Program-made: the position numbers and the translations under genes
Virus record (IMG/VR): IMGVR_UViG_3300029953_000003
DNA length: 64,000 nt
Source of the DNA: an uncultured virus (IMG/VR IMGVR_UViG_3300029953_000003)
Lineage: Duplodnaviria > Heunggongvirae > Uroviricota > Caudoviricetes
Direction: 5' to 3' (one strand)
The notes under the pieces: model-generated
Database searches by the model: none
Told to the model about the DNA's origin: nothing
What the model saw: the letters and a program-made list of their open reading frames with translations, nothing else
Part shown: in pieces, positions 54,859 through 64,000 of the stretch
How the letters are laid out: each line of letters starts with the position of its first letter
How positions within the stretch are numbered: position 1 is the first letter of the stretch

Positions 54859-55230
54859 TCATGCCAATCCTTTCAGCCGAGCAAAGCGTCCAGCCTCGGT
54901 GATCTCGCCCGACGCAAGAACCAACTTTCGGCGAAGTAGCACACGAAGAGTGCCGCTCAACCCTCCGTGAGCAGACATACCTTCCAAGCCTGCGTCCGCA
55001 GGACGTCCGACGAAGAGGTTCTCGAGCACAGCCATCTGAGCCTGATTCGGCTTGCTCGCTGGATAGCGAATGAGAAGAGGCGGCGCATCCGCGGCAGCCT
55101 TTCCGGCGTCCGTAAGGACGACCCGGGCATCTTGCTGCGCGCGCCGCTCGAGGAGCCCAAGCCCATCCCGGAGAAGGCGCGCGCTGTGCCCGCGCGGCAG
55201 ACGAAGCTCGTGCCCTGCCTCACCAGCCAC
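54859..55230 (-). CDS. tandem small wHTH-like protein
   Basis: two L..GL..(L/I)T.AG motifs. Confidence 0.5.
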   Translation of the reverse strand: MAGEAGHELRLPRGHSARLLRDGLGLLERRAQQDARVVLTDAGKAAADAPPLLIRYPASKPNQAQMAVLENLFVGRPADAGLEGMSAHGGLSGTLRVLLRRKLVLASGEITEAGRFARLKGLA

Positions 55231-55945
55231 GCGAACAGCCTCGAGAAGGCCCCAAGGCCGACGCCGGCAAGCCGAGGTGCGTCACGCCGTCGAGCTGCCG
55301 GCCGCTCACGGCGGCTCCGTACCGAACCAGATTAAACGCACTCTCGATCGGCTCTCCGTACGACCCCACAGGGAGCTGAGAGCGGTAGCACCAATCTCCC
55401 CAGCCGAGAAAGATGAACGGCACGCCAGCCTCGGCGCACTGGTCGCGAATTGAGCGCACATACGCAAGGTCCATGGGCCACGCGCCATCGCCCTCTGGCC
55501 CACGCACGATCGCGACGCTTGGAACCATCTCATCGCCATAAAAGACAGCGCGCAAGTCAATGGGCTCGCGCGGAGCAAGCACAATAGCCTTGCGAGCCGC
55601 CTTCGTGTCACGCAGCGCCGCAAAGCCAGACTCGAGATCCCGCTGCCTTTCAACGCGCAGGGCAGGCATGTGGAGCGAACCGAACTCCAGCATGTTCACG
55701 GAAGCACTGGCCAGAGATTCGGCCGTCTCGATAAGAATGACCGTGGCATCCAGGCGAAGGATCGACGCCCACATAGCCAGCGCAGAAGCCGAATACGCAG
55801 AAGCCGAATCCTGGATCCCGTTCACCATCCCACCGTCCACAAGAACCAAGCGATCGCGAGAAGCCACATGCCCGATCTCCGACTCACCCGTGGCAGATGC
55901 CTCCTTGCCGGTTTTCCAGTCGTATGTGGTCCAGATTCTGTTCAT
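55220..55945 (-). CDS. DUF5131 (phage Gp37/Gp68)-like protein, divergent
   Basis: PMDLAYVRSIRDQCAEAGVPFIFLGWGDW..GRQLDG. Confidence 0.7.
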   Translation of the reverse strand: MNRIWTTYDWKTGKEASATGESEIGHVASRDRLVLVDGGMVNGIQDSASAYSASALAMWASILRLDATVILIETAESLASASVNMLEFGSLHMPALRVERQRDLESGFAALRDTKAARKAIVLAPREPIDLRAVFYGDEMVPSVAIVRGPEGDGAWPMDLAYVRSIRDQCAEAGVPFIFLGWGDWCYRSQLPVGSYGEPIESAFNLVRYGAAVSGRQLDGVTHLGLPASALGPSRGCSRGW

Positions 55946-56182
55946 GCTAAGAGCCCTGCCTTCGGAATTTGAGGTGGCTATCCTGAGGGCGCTGGTACAC
56001 CTTGACCACCGTCCCTCTCGGAAAGTCGAAGCCACGACAGCCGATGTGGCCCCAGCCACATCTCCAGTTGAGCCGCAGCACGGTCTCGCGCTGGCCCTTG
56101 ACGCCCGGCGCGACCGTGATCGTTTTTGGAGTGACGTGCGTCACCACCGCGTAGTGCTTCTCGTACATTGGAGCTGCCCCCG

Positions 56183-57275
56183 CTAGGAACGATCCAGAAC
56201 TGCGTACGAGAGCCCAGGGGTAAGACATCCGCCGTCGTTGCGGAGGTCCAGGACGCCGCCGGCAAAGGTGAGCGGGATCTCTTCTCCGAAGTAGTCCCAG
56301 ACGAAAGGGACCGTCGCGACATTCGCCGGGACGCTGCCCATGGCGAGACCCTCGCGAGGTCGGCCTTGAGGGACCTTCGGCTTCTCCACGAGTTTTCTGT
56401 CGACCTGGATGTAGTGGACGAAGTTCACCAGCCACCCGTTGAATCTGTCCCCACCGGACTCCGATTTGAAGGTGTAGATCGACTGCCAGAAGCTCTCGTC
56501 GTGGGGAGCTCCGCCGGCCTGCTCCGCGAGTGTCGTGAGCACCGGAAGGAGATGCAGGAAGTAGCCGCCGAGATGCTCCGCGAAGATCCGCATGAGCTCG
56601 ACCGCCGACGTCTCGAGCTTTACCCAGTCCTCTGCCGTGCCAAGGAGCCTGACCTCGGGGATCCCGCACCGAGTCATCACCCGATAGTCGTAGAACGAGC
56701 TGGCCGCGTCCATGAAGCACACCGTCAACGCCGCGTCCGTCTCGGGCGTCGCCGTCGAGAACCCGGGGAGCATCGCGCCCATGACCTTCCCCGAGACCCG
56801 CTCGCGAAGCTGAGCGTTGAAGCCCGGAAAGACTTCGCTCCAGGGAGTCGCCGAAACGCCGCGCCGCAGACCGTCGTGCCTGACCGTCAGCGTTTCCTTG
56901 CCCTCCCCACGGCTGCGGCGCGTGAAGATCTCCCGGTACGTCTCCGGGTGCCTCCGCACCGTCTCGGCGATCACGCTCCCGATCAAGAACAGGAGCACCT
57001 CGGGGCGAAGCCCCAGTCGGTAGTGGCACGCGAACGCCTCGTGAACACCTCGAAAAAAACAGGCTCGACGCGTTCATCCTCGGCAGGGCCACCATCTCGG
57101 CGTGGCCGACGTGCTCGACCCTTACGCCGGTCGAGCTCCCGACCGCGCGCATGCAGGTCGAGCGGTACCTGGAGCTCGTGTTTCCGGGGGCAACCGCCCT
57201 GCCGGTCGGCCTCCCGCCTTGGTCTTTCTCAACGATCGCAATCTTGAACGCTCTGGCGACCTTCGTGCTTTCCAT
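56183..57275 (-). pseudogene. DUF4419-domain protein with a +1 frameshift in a T7 run
   Basis: GVHEAFACHYRLGLRPE..FSTAT..CGIPEVRLLGTAEDW; the N-terminus is in another frame and joins across 57053-57059. Confidence 0.7.
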
Positions 57276-57353
57276 GATCGTTGCAGCCTAAGGTCGCATG
57301 CTACGAACGTCAAGCGCGAAGCGCGAAGCTATGACCCTTGGAGGCGCCCGCGA

Positions 57354-57755
57354 TCACGATCCTCCGTAGCGCATGTCCCCGCCGATGCCGAGCATGAAGG
57401 AGCCGTGCGCCGCGCCGCCGAGGTCCTGCGCCGCGAAGCCAGCCGTGGGGCTGCCGCAGTCGACGCGGAGGAACTTCCGCTCGACCGGACCCGCGATCAC
57501 CACCGCGCTTCCGAGGAACGGCGGAACGTCGCCAACCCAGAAGGGCCCCTTCGGCGGCCAGATCGTCGGCGGAGGCGGCGCGGGCGGCGGCCACGGGAGG
57601 CTGGGGAAGGGGAACGGCAGCGGAGCCATCGCGGGCAAGGTCGCCGGCGGCGCCTCGACCGAAGCCAGGATCTTGCGCAAGCGCACCGCCTCCCCCTCAT
57701 GAAAGGCCAGCGCCTCGCGCGTCTCGTTCAAAATCTCATCGCTCGTCTTGGGCAT
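57354..57755 (-). CDS. Pro-rich hypothetical protein
   Basis: coiled N-terminus, Pro-rich middle. Confidence 0.5.
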   Translation of the reverse strand: MPKTSDEILNETREALAFHEGEAVRLRKILASVEAPPATLPAMAPLPFPFPSLPWPPPAPPPPTIWPPKGPFWVGDVPPFLGSAVVIAGPVERKFLRVDCGSPTAGFAAQDLGGAAHGSFMLGIGGDMRYGGS

Positions 57756-57799
57756 GTCGCGATGGTGCCCCGGTCGCGAGCGCAGATCAAGCCGACCCG

Positions 57800-58789
57800 T
57801 CAGGCCCTGAAACTTGTCTGGCGTGCCGTTCGCGTCTTCGTGCTTTTTCTCGCCTTCGCGAGAGCGCTGAGACCAAATTCGAGAAGCTCACGTTCGAGCG
57901 CTCTTTCGTCTTGCCTTGCCGGCGTAACGCTGACATCGACACCAGGGAGAAGCGTCATGAGCGCGACGTTGCGCCGGACGACCGTCTCGGCCGCGAGCAG
58001 GCGCTTGACCTGAAGCTTGGTGAGCCCCTTCGCGCCGTCGCGGAGGAGCGCGAAGGCCCGGTCAAGCGCCAGGAGATCGCGTCCGCAGCGCTCGCCCCCC
58101 GGATCCCGCTCGCAGAGGACAGGGCCCATGAGCGCCCAGAGCTTGGCCGCGATCTTCGGACCGATGCCGTCCACGCCCTGGAGGTTGTCCGACACGTCAC
58201 CGGCGACAGCGCGCAGGAGCACCATCGTGTCCGACGCCACGCCGTACTCGGACTTGACTCTCGCCACGTCGTAGATCTTGCCGCGACCCAGGACAGACTT
58301 CGGCGGAGGCGCGAGCACGCAAACGCGCTCGGTTACGAGCTGAAGGAAGTCGCGATCTGTCGAAAGAATGAGCGCCCGCTCAGTCTCCGGCGTCTTTCGA
58401 ACGAGCGCGGCGATGACGTCATCCGCTTCCTCGTCGGCGTTGAACGCCTGCTCGACACCGAACATCGGGAGCGTGTACCTGAGCCACTCCACGTCATGGC
58501 TCGGCCCGCTCGCGCCGCCACCACCTGGAGCCTGCCTGTTCGACTTGTAGCCGCTGTAGATCGCCTTGCGACGAAGCGAAGAGCCATCCCAGACAAACGT
58601 GATCCTGGCGCCATAGGCCGACTCTTGAAGCGAAAGAACCGTCCGCAGGACACCGTGAAAAACACCCGTAAGACGTCCCTTCCGATCTTTGAGCCTCGCC
58701 AGCGCAGGGGCGTTCTGTGCCCGAAGCACAAGGTTGTGGCCGTCGACGAAGATCCTATCGGCGACAAGCTCATTCGAGGACATGGACAT
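57800..58789 (-). CDS. 5'-3' exonuclease (PolA N-terminal/flap endonuclease)
   Basis: VDGHNL, EEADDVIA, STDRDFLQL, GDVSDNLQGVDGIGPKIA. Confidence 0.92.
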   Translation of the reverse strand: MSMSSNELVADRIFVDGHNLVLRAQNAPALARLKDRKGRLTGVFHGVLRTVLSLQESAYGARITFVWDGSSLRRKAIYSGYKSNRQAPGGGGASGPSHDVEWLRYTLPMFGVEQAFNADEEADDVIAALVRKTPETERALILSTDRDFLQLVTERVCVLAPPPKSVLGRGKIYDVARVKSEYGVASDTMVLLRAVAGDVSDNLQGVDGIGPKIAAKLWALMGPVLCERDPGGERCGRDLLALDRAFALLRDGAKGLTKLQVKRLLAAETVVRRNVALMTLLPGVDVSVTPARQDERALERELLEFGLSALAKARKSTKTRTARQTSFRA

Positions 58790-58821
58790 AAGCAATACGG
58801 TGCCTTGCGAACGTGCCAGGA

Positions 58822-59550
58822 TCAACCGAGTTTATTAAAACGCGCGACAAGACTCTCGTCCGTATCAAACCCGATGCCTACACGATCCAGGCTTCGCGCA
58901 GCACGAAGCGTGGACCCGCTTCCTGCCGTAGGATCCAGGACCGTGTCACCGCGATCCGTATACGTTAGAATGAACCAAGACGGCAGCCCTTCAGGTTTTT
59001 GGGTCGGATGACATCTTTCTGGATCGTCGTTGTTCACGACGTCAATGTCGATGACCGTCGTCGGGTACCGAAGAGTCGTGCCTTTGTTCGATTGTGTGCG
59101 TCGCTGCCCGCCATAGTTCGTAGAGTAGTTGACTCGATCTGCGAAGTTCATCGGCTTGTGGCCGTCTGTCATCTGTGGGCGATAGACTGGCGCTTTGTCC
59201 CAGAACACGATCACGTCCTCGTGGTTGCGCATGGGCCGCTTCTTTGCATTCAGGTGGCCACTCGCTTTGTTCTTGCGCCACACCATGTCGTAGCGAAACA
59301 TTGCGAGATTGCTACATACTACAAGCGACGCAAAAGGCTGGATCGCGGTGAATACGAATACGCAGTCGGGTCTCCATACACGATTGAGCTCGCTCCAAAG
59401 CGGCCCCATCGGCACGACCTTGTCCCACTCATTCTGAGTTTTGCCGTAAGGAAGATCGAGAAAAACGAGCGCTACTGACCCCTTCCGTACACGCGCCAGA
59501 CCATCGAAACATTTCAGTGCATGGTACCCGCAATCGATCTCTTCGCTCAT
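58822..59550 (-). CDS. N4-C/N6-A DNA methyltransferase (beta class)
   Basis: DLPY..HPTQKP..VLDPTAGSGST. Confidence 0.92.
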   Translation of the reverse strand: MSEEIDCGYHALKCFDGLARVRKGSVALVFLDLPYGKTQNEWDKVVPMGPLWSELNRVWRPDCVFVFTAIQPFASLVVCSNLAMFRYDMVWRKNKASGHLNAKKRPMRNHEDVIVFWDKAPVYRPQMTDGHKPMNFADRVNYSTNYGGQRRTQSNKGTTLRYPTTVIDIDVVNNDDPERCHPTQKPEGLPSWFILTYTDRGDTVLDPTAGSGSTLRAARSLDRVGIGFDTDESLVARFNKLG

Positions 59551-59788
59551 GTTGCTGTCCAGCCGATTGCACTATCCCAAAATCGTCACGGCACTCAAGA
59601 TGTACTCCATCGGCGGCTCCCTCTCCCGGCGACGCAAACCGGGAGAGGGAGAGCGGCTGGCGCACGCCACGCGTAGAGTACCATCCTGCGCATGTAGCGT
59701 CTTGCCGCTTACCCGCGGTTCCAGACGGGTTCCGCCAGAGTCTATAAGCGATCCGTACCCCGGCGATGGTCAAAAATCAAGCCTCGTC

Positions 59789-62700
59789 CTATGCGACAAC
59801 GCGCACGTAGCTTGCGTGAATGCGGCGCTCTCCGTGGGCCTTGAAGCGAGCGACCAGAAAATCCCCATCGAGCTCGGAGACGACGCCGATCCCCCACGAT
59901 CGATGAGCGACCCTCGCTCCTTCCCTCATCTCGCCAGGCGCCGCCGCCTCATCGACGCGCCCTTGCGCTCCTCCCCCGCGAATATCGTGAGCCGCGGGGT
60001 CCAGGGCCAAGGCCCTGGCGGGGGCACCAGGGGCAGAGCCCCCGGTCGGGGGTGCAGGGGGAGGAGCCCCCTGCTTCTGCGCCGGCGCGACGCCGGTGGA
60101 GCGGCCGCGCTTCACCGCGTCCGCCGGCAGATCCGCGAGGAAGCGCGAGGGGACAGAGGCGCGGGTTTGGCCGTAGAGCGTGCGCATGCGGGCCCACGAG
60201 ATCCAGAGCTTTTCGCGCGCGCGGGTCACGGCGACGTACGCCAGGCGGCGCTCCTCGTCTTCGTCGCAGTCCTCCTCGGCCCCCGCATTCTGCTCACGCA
60301 CGTAGGGGAAGACGCCTTCCTCCATCCCGGTGAGCATCACCTCCTTGAACTCGAGCCCCTTGGCCGCGTGCACGGTCATCAGAGTAACGCCGGTCGAGCC
60401 GGCTTCTTTCTCCTCGCCCGAGTCAAGCGCGACGCGCTCCAGGTACCCCGAGAGCGTCGCGACGCGCTTCTCCTGCGCGGTCTCCTCCTCGTACCGCAGC
60501 ATCGTTCCCGAGAGCTCGCGGAGCACGTCCACGCGCGCGTCGCCGTCCTCGCTTTTGCGAAGCATGGCCACGTAGCCGGTCCGCTCGAGCGCGCGCGCCA
60601 AGACCATCGTCGGCCCAGGACCGCCCGGGGGCTGCGCGCCCCCGACCCCTGCGCCAGGCCCTGGGACCTCGACCCCGGAGAGGGCCCCCTGCATGGCGTA
60701 GCGAATCAGATCGTCGACGATGGCGTGGAAGGCCATCACGGCGTCGTAGCCGCGCTTGCCCAAGGCCGCGCGGCCAGTGGTCGCATCATCACGAAGAAAG
60801 GCCGCCGCCTCGAAGAGCGAAGAGCTCAGGTCAGCGGCGACGCGCGCGAGGCGCTCCGCGGTAGTCTCGCCGACACCACGAGCGGGCACGTTGAGCACAC
60901 GCAGGAAGTCGACGTCGCTCTGGGGGTTGGCGGCGAGACGAAGGTAGGACAGGGCATCCTTGATCTCGGTGCGTTCATAGAAACGCTGGCCTCCGAGAAC
61001 GCGGTAGGCGATCTTGGCCGAGCGAAGAGCCTCCTCGATCGCGCGTGACTGGGCGTGGACACGGTAGAGCACCGCGAGCTCCGAAAGCGCGATCCCTCTC
61101 GAGAGCGCGTCGGCGATGCGCCGGGCGACGAACGACCCCTCGTCGTCCTCGTTCGCGCAGGTGATCACGTACACCGGGTCACCCGTCGGTTCGGCCGTCC
61201 ATAGCGTCTTCGCCTGCCGCCCCCGTGCCTTCGCAATCAGCGAGCTGGCCGCCCGCACCACGTTCCCCGTGCTCCGGTAGTTCTGCTCGAGCTTGACGAT
61301 CTTTGCGCCCGGGTGGTCCTTGATGAAGGCATCGAAGATCGCTGGCACGGCCCCGCGCCACGTGTAGATGCTGTTCTTGACGATGACGCCGTTGGCCACG
61401 TAGCAGTGATCTTCTTCCACGTCGAGCGAGTACACATAGCCCGTATACGGACGCACCATGACCGCATTGACAGGAACCCACAGACACGGAGCCCCAAAAC
61501 CCGCAGGGGGCTCTGCCCCCTGCGCCCCCGCCAGGGCCATAGGCCCTGGACCCTTCAGCTCACGACGTTCGCCAGGAGAAACATCGGCGTCTCGTCTTTG
61601 ATCTCCTGCCGAAGATCCTCCACTGGAGCCCCACAGCGGTGTGCTGCTGCAAGACAGCCCTGCGCTCGGCAGCGACTTTTTGTCGTCTCCAGAATACGAG
61701 CTCGTCCAGGCTCCAGGATGCGCAGGTGCCACGCCTCCTTTTTGCCCTTCGCGGCCCACGGAGAGGGGAGCTCGATCAGCTCCACCAGATCTTCCCTGGT
61801 CAGCCTGTCCACGATCCCCGGATTCACGCCTCGCTTCAAAACCGGACCTCTCGCCGATTCGCAGAGGACCCCCAGCGCGATCGCCGTGAGCGGGTGCGTT
61901 TTCTCGCCATTGTTCGGTGTTTTCATCGCGTTCGTCTTTTCGTTGTGCGGAAGGGTCCGTGGCCCTTGGCCTCGGCATGGACGTAGAGAGCGGAACCCCT
62001 TGGGGATCCGGGATCGGCACCAAGAGATCGCCGTGCGCGATGCGGCCGCGGAGGATGGTGTCGAGATCTTCGCCGGAGACCTCGAACGTGCCGATCTTGG
62101 GGTTAGACGCCCACATGCACACGAGTTTGTGGTTGCCGGTGATGGGCACCGAGCAGCCGCCGGCGACGAGCGTGTACACTTTTCCGCTGAACGGGCGCCG
62201 CGCGATCGTGAAGCGCCGGCCCACCGGCGACAGCGTGCGAGTCGCCTCGCTCCAGCCGCGGACGAGATCCGCGTTTGGATCGAGCGCCTCGACGGGGACC
62301 CAGGTTCCATCCTCGACCTCGATTTGGACGCCGGGCGGGTGGCACTGGTCGTCGTCACCAACCACGCACAGATTGTTCGACTCCTCCGAAAGAGCGCGCG
62401 CGAGCCGGTACTGCACCTCGTTGACGTCCTGAAACTCGTCGACCAGGACGTGTCGAAACATGCGGCGAATCGCGCGCCCTGCATCCGAGATGCTCGTCTT
62501 CCCTCCCGCGGCGCCACCCGTCGGAGCCGGAGGCCGCTTCAAATCGCTGCGCTCGCTGGGGGTAGCAGGAGCCTGGAAAAGCCCGCCCGTCTGCCCAGGC
62601 TTGAGAGCTTCGGCGCGCTTTGCAGTGGCGGCTGCGTAGCGTTCCCGTCGAACGTCAGGAGACGGTTGGACCACCTGCGCCACCAAGGACGACGGCTCGC

Positions 62701-63586
62701 ACATCGCGAGCACCTTGAGCAGCAGGTCGTCGAAGTCAACGGCGTTGGCCTCCGCAAGCTTCTCCTGGTAGGCCACGTAGAGATCGCGAAAAGCAACGTC
62801 GCCCCTGGAAAGGCATCCGTCAAAGATCTCGGGGCCTTTCCCTGACTGCTTGAGGCTAGAAATACGGGCGAGAGCGCGGTCCGGAGACACCGCGTCGCCA
62901 AGATCGAGCTGCTTGGCGGCGCGGCGAAGAACGCGCTTTTGATCGGTGGTGTCGTAGATCGAAAAGCCTGGACGAAGACCCGCCGCCTGGTGAAAACGGC
63001 GCAAGAGCCTGGCGCAGATGGCGTGGAACGTACCGACCCAAAGATCCTTGGAGGTGGGCCCAAGAGCTTTGTCGAATCGGGCGCGCATCTCCGCGGCCGC
63101 CTTGTTCGTGAAGGTGACCGCGAGAATCGCGAACGTCGGCACCGCTTCGGCGATCACCAGGTGCGCCACGCGATGAACCAGGACGCGCGTCTTCCCGACA
63201 CCGGCGCCTGCGAGCATGAGGAAGGGCCCGTTGACATGCGCGACGGCTTCCCGCTGCGCATCGTTCAGGTCTGCGTCGCCCAGCGCCTCGGGGAGCTCAT
63301 CGAACTGCCCCGTGTAGTCGGTCTTCGAAAGCGGGAAGCTTGGTGTCTCCTCGGCCCCAACGCCCCCCGCCAGGGCCAGTGAATCTGGACCCTGCGACTC
63401 ACGATGTTCGGTCAAAAAAGAACTCGCGTCTGAATCGACATGCGCGACCGTGCCGCCAACGGCGTTGCTACCGATCGACTGCCCATCGATCGCACCGGCG
63501 ATCTCGGCTTGAAGCTCCGCCTCGATGGATTCCGCAAGAGCCAAACGGTCCTCGTCGGAGGCGTCATCATAGTCCTGGGCGTTCAT
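59789..63586 (-). CDS. uvrD: UvrD/PcrA helicase with intein and repeat insertions
   Basis: AGAGVGKT, VTFTNKAA, VDEFQD, VGDDDQ/SIY.WRGA, QNYRS, TVHAAKGLEF, EERRLAYVAVTRA, C-terminal Tudor-like domain. Confidence 0.95.
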   Translation of the reverse strand: MNAQDYDDASDEDRLALAESIEAELQAEIAGAIDGQSIGSNAVGGTVAHVDSDASSFLTEHRESQGPDSLALAGGVGAEETPSFPLSKTDYTGQFDELPEALGDADLNDAQREAVAHVNGPFLMLAGAGVGKTRVLVHRVAHLVIAEAVPTFAILAVTFTNKAAAEMRARFDKALGPTSKDLWVGTFHAICARLLRRFHQAAGLRPGFSIYDTTDQKRVLRRAAKQLDLGDAVSPDRALARISSLKQSGKGPEIFDGCLSRGDVAFRDLYVAYQEKLAEANAVDFDDLLLKVLAMCEPSSLVAQVVQPSPDVRRERYAAATAKRAEALKPGQTGGLFQAPATPSERSDLKRPPAPTGGAAGGKTSISDAGRAIRRMFRHVLVDEFQDVNEVQYRLARALSEESNNLCVVGDDDQCHPPGVQIEVEDGTWVPVEALDPNADLVRGWSEATRTLSPVGRRFTIARRPFSGKVYTLVAGGCSVPITGNHKLVCMWASNPKIGTFEVSGEDLDTILRGRIAHGDLLVPIPDPQGVPLSTSMPRPRATDPSAQRKDERDENTEQWRENAPAHGDRAGGPLRIGERSGFEARRESGDRGQADQGRSGGADRAPLSVGREGQKGGVAPAHPGAWTSSYSGDDKKSLPSAGLSCSSTPLWGSSGGSSAGDQRRDADVSPGERRELKGPGPMALAGAQGAEPPAGFGAPCLWVPVNAVMVRPYTGYVYSLDVEEDHCYVANGVIVKNSIYTWRGAVPAIFDAFIKDHPGAKIVKLEQNYRSTGNVVRAASSLIAKARGRQAKTLWTAEPTGDPVYVITCANEDDEGSFVARRIADALSRGIALSELAVLYRVHAQSRAIEEALRSAKIAYRVLGGQRFYERTEIKDALSYLRLAANPQSDVDFLRVLNVPARGVGETTAERLARVAADLSSSLFEAAAFLRDDATTGRAALGKRGYDAVMAFHAIVDDLIRYAMQGALSGVEVPGPGAGVGGAQPPGGPGPTMVLARALERTGYVAMLRKSEDGDARVDVLRELSGTMLRYEEETAQEKRVATLSGYLERVALDSGEEKEAGSTGVTLMTVHAAKGLEFKEVMLTGMEEGVFPYVREQNAGAEEDCDEDEERRLAYVAVTRAREKLWISWARMRTLYGQTRASVPSRFLADLPADAVKRGRSTGVAPAQKQGAPPPAPPTGGSAPGAPARALALDPAAHDIRGGGAQGRVDEAAAPGEMREGARVAHRSWGIGVVSELDGDFLVARFKAHGERRIHASYVRVVA
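59978..60073 (+). repeat. palindromic element copy 16 (duplicated right hairpin), in frame in uvrD
   Basis: encodes QGAPPPAPPTGGSAPGAPARALALDPAAHDIR. Confidence 0.9.
60624..60677 (-). repeat. palindromic element copy 17 (partial), in frame in uvrD
   Basis: encodes GVEVPGPGAGVGGAQPPG. Confidence 0.75.
61490..61572 (-). repeat. palindromic element copy 18, inside the intein
   Basis: encodes ERRELKGPGPMALAGAQGAEPPAGFGA in the intein frame; supplies the stop of the nested ORF. Confidence 0.9.
61555..61926 (-). CDS. nested 123-aa wHTH-like protein in an alternate frame within the intein
   Basis: MKTPNNGEKTHPLTAIALGVLCESARGPVLKRGVNPGIVDRLTREDLVELIELPSPW..LRILEPGRARI. Confidence 0.55.
   Translation of the reverse strand: MKTPNNGEKTHPLTAIALGVLCESARGPVLKRGVNPGIVDRLTREDLVELIELPSPWAAKGKKEAWHLRILEPGRARILETTKSRCRAQGCLAAAHRCGAPVEDLRQEIKDETPMFLLANVVS
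63347..63410 (-). repeat. palindromic element (degenerate), in frame in the uvrD N-terminal extension
   Basis: encodes EHRESQGPDSLALAGGVGAEE. Confidence 0.75.
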
Positions 63587-63673
63587 CTCAAGAATGACCT
63601 TCTGCCAGGTACGGTGAAGCGTCAAGCCTCAAGCGGGTGGAACGGCACGAGCTCGGGCCCAAGGCACGAACGC

Positions 63674-63706
63674 AAAAAAAGAGCCCACGGTTTCCCGAGG
63701 GGCTCT
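63674..63706 (-). terminator. intrinsic terminator (minus strand)
   Basis: AGAGCCC stem followed by T7 on the minus strand. Confidence 0.6.
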
Positions 63707-63825
63707 GGAAGAGCGTTACCGCACTCCGCGAGTGGCAGGGCAAAAGCTATCGCATCGCCGGCATCGTGTCAGGCTGAAGAATGCTTCAGCCCCCCCCCTC
63801 CCAGGCTCCGTGGCTGCCGGAATAG

Positions 63826-63858
63826 AAAAAGCCCCCGTATCCTGGAATACGGGGGCTT
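63826..63858 (-). terminator. intrinsic terminator (minus strand)
   Basis: AAGCCCCCGTAT..ATACGGGGGCTT followed by a T-run on the minus strand. Confidence 0.7.
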
Positions 63859-64000
63859 GGGCGACACCATCCGCGCCCGCCGAGCGGTCCCCGCTTTCGC
63901 GGCCTGCCTCGACGGACCACGACCCTCACAGAGCGGAGGATGGCCCTTCCCGCCTGAACAGCGGGACGTCGCGCTGGGCTTGCTGTCCCAACTATGCGCT

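Larger units (their letters stand above)
61373..62344 (-). mobile_element. intein (324 aa) in UvrD motif III, no homing endonuclease
   Basis: GDDDQ|CHPPG..ITGNHKL..VYSLDVEEDHCYVANGVIVKN|SIY. Confidence 0.9.

Noticed and set aside
59549..62845. Long plus-strand ORFs (59549-61048, 61313-62845) and similar shadow ORFs throughout
   Set aside because: They are antisense to well-supported genes, typical high-GC shadow frames with no motifs.

Overview
This is a GC-rich, gene-dense window of mostly minus-strand short ORFans. It reads like the early/replication region of a large phage, prophage or phage-plasmid. A myxobacterial (Polyangiaceae-like) host is inferred from DAG-repeat Cys-rich lipoproteins and a PP2C phosphatase. 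No virion structural genes, integrase or transposase were recognised. Recognisable genes: DnaE (C-terminally short), a DinG/YoaA helicase with two mini-inteins, a UvrD/PcrA helicase with an intein, a stand-alone 5'-3' exonuclease, an N4/N6 DNA methyltransferase, PP2C, a Zn-finger-Nudix fusion, BtpA, HNH, DUF262, ParA- and ParB-like proteins, DUF5131, a frameshifted DUF4419, two toxin-antitoxin pairs (HicBA-like; Panacea plus RelE-like) and a tmRNA. Four signals stand out. (1) About 20 copies of a ~65-bp two-hairpin palindromic element are present, at least 10 of them in frame inside protein genes (4 in dnaE, 4-5 in uvrD) and read in both orientations. (2) An apparently genuine 123-aa gene is nested in another frame inside the UvrD intein, where a homing endonuclease would normally be. 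(3) The tmRNA tag (ANDNALLDFDLTG) lacks the C-terminal Ala-Ala degron. (4) A palindromic TCAAGA-N6-TCTTGA operator overlaps the -35 box of 8 promoters. All family assignments come from reading motifs by eye, not from database searches.
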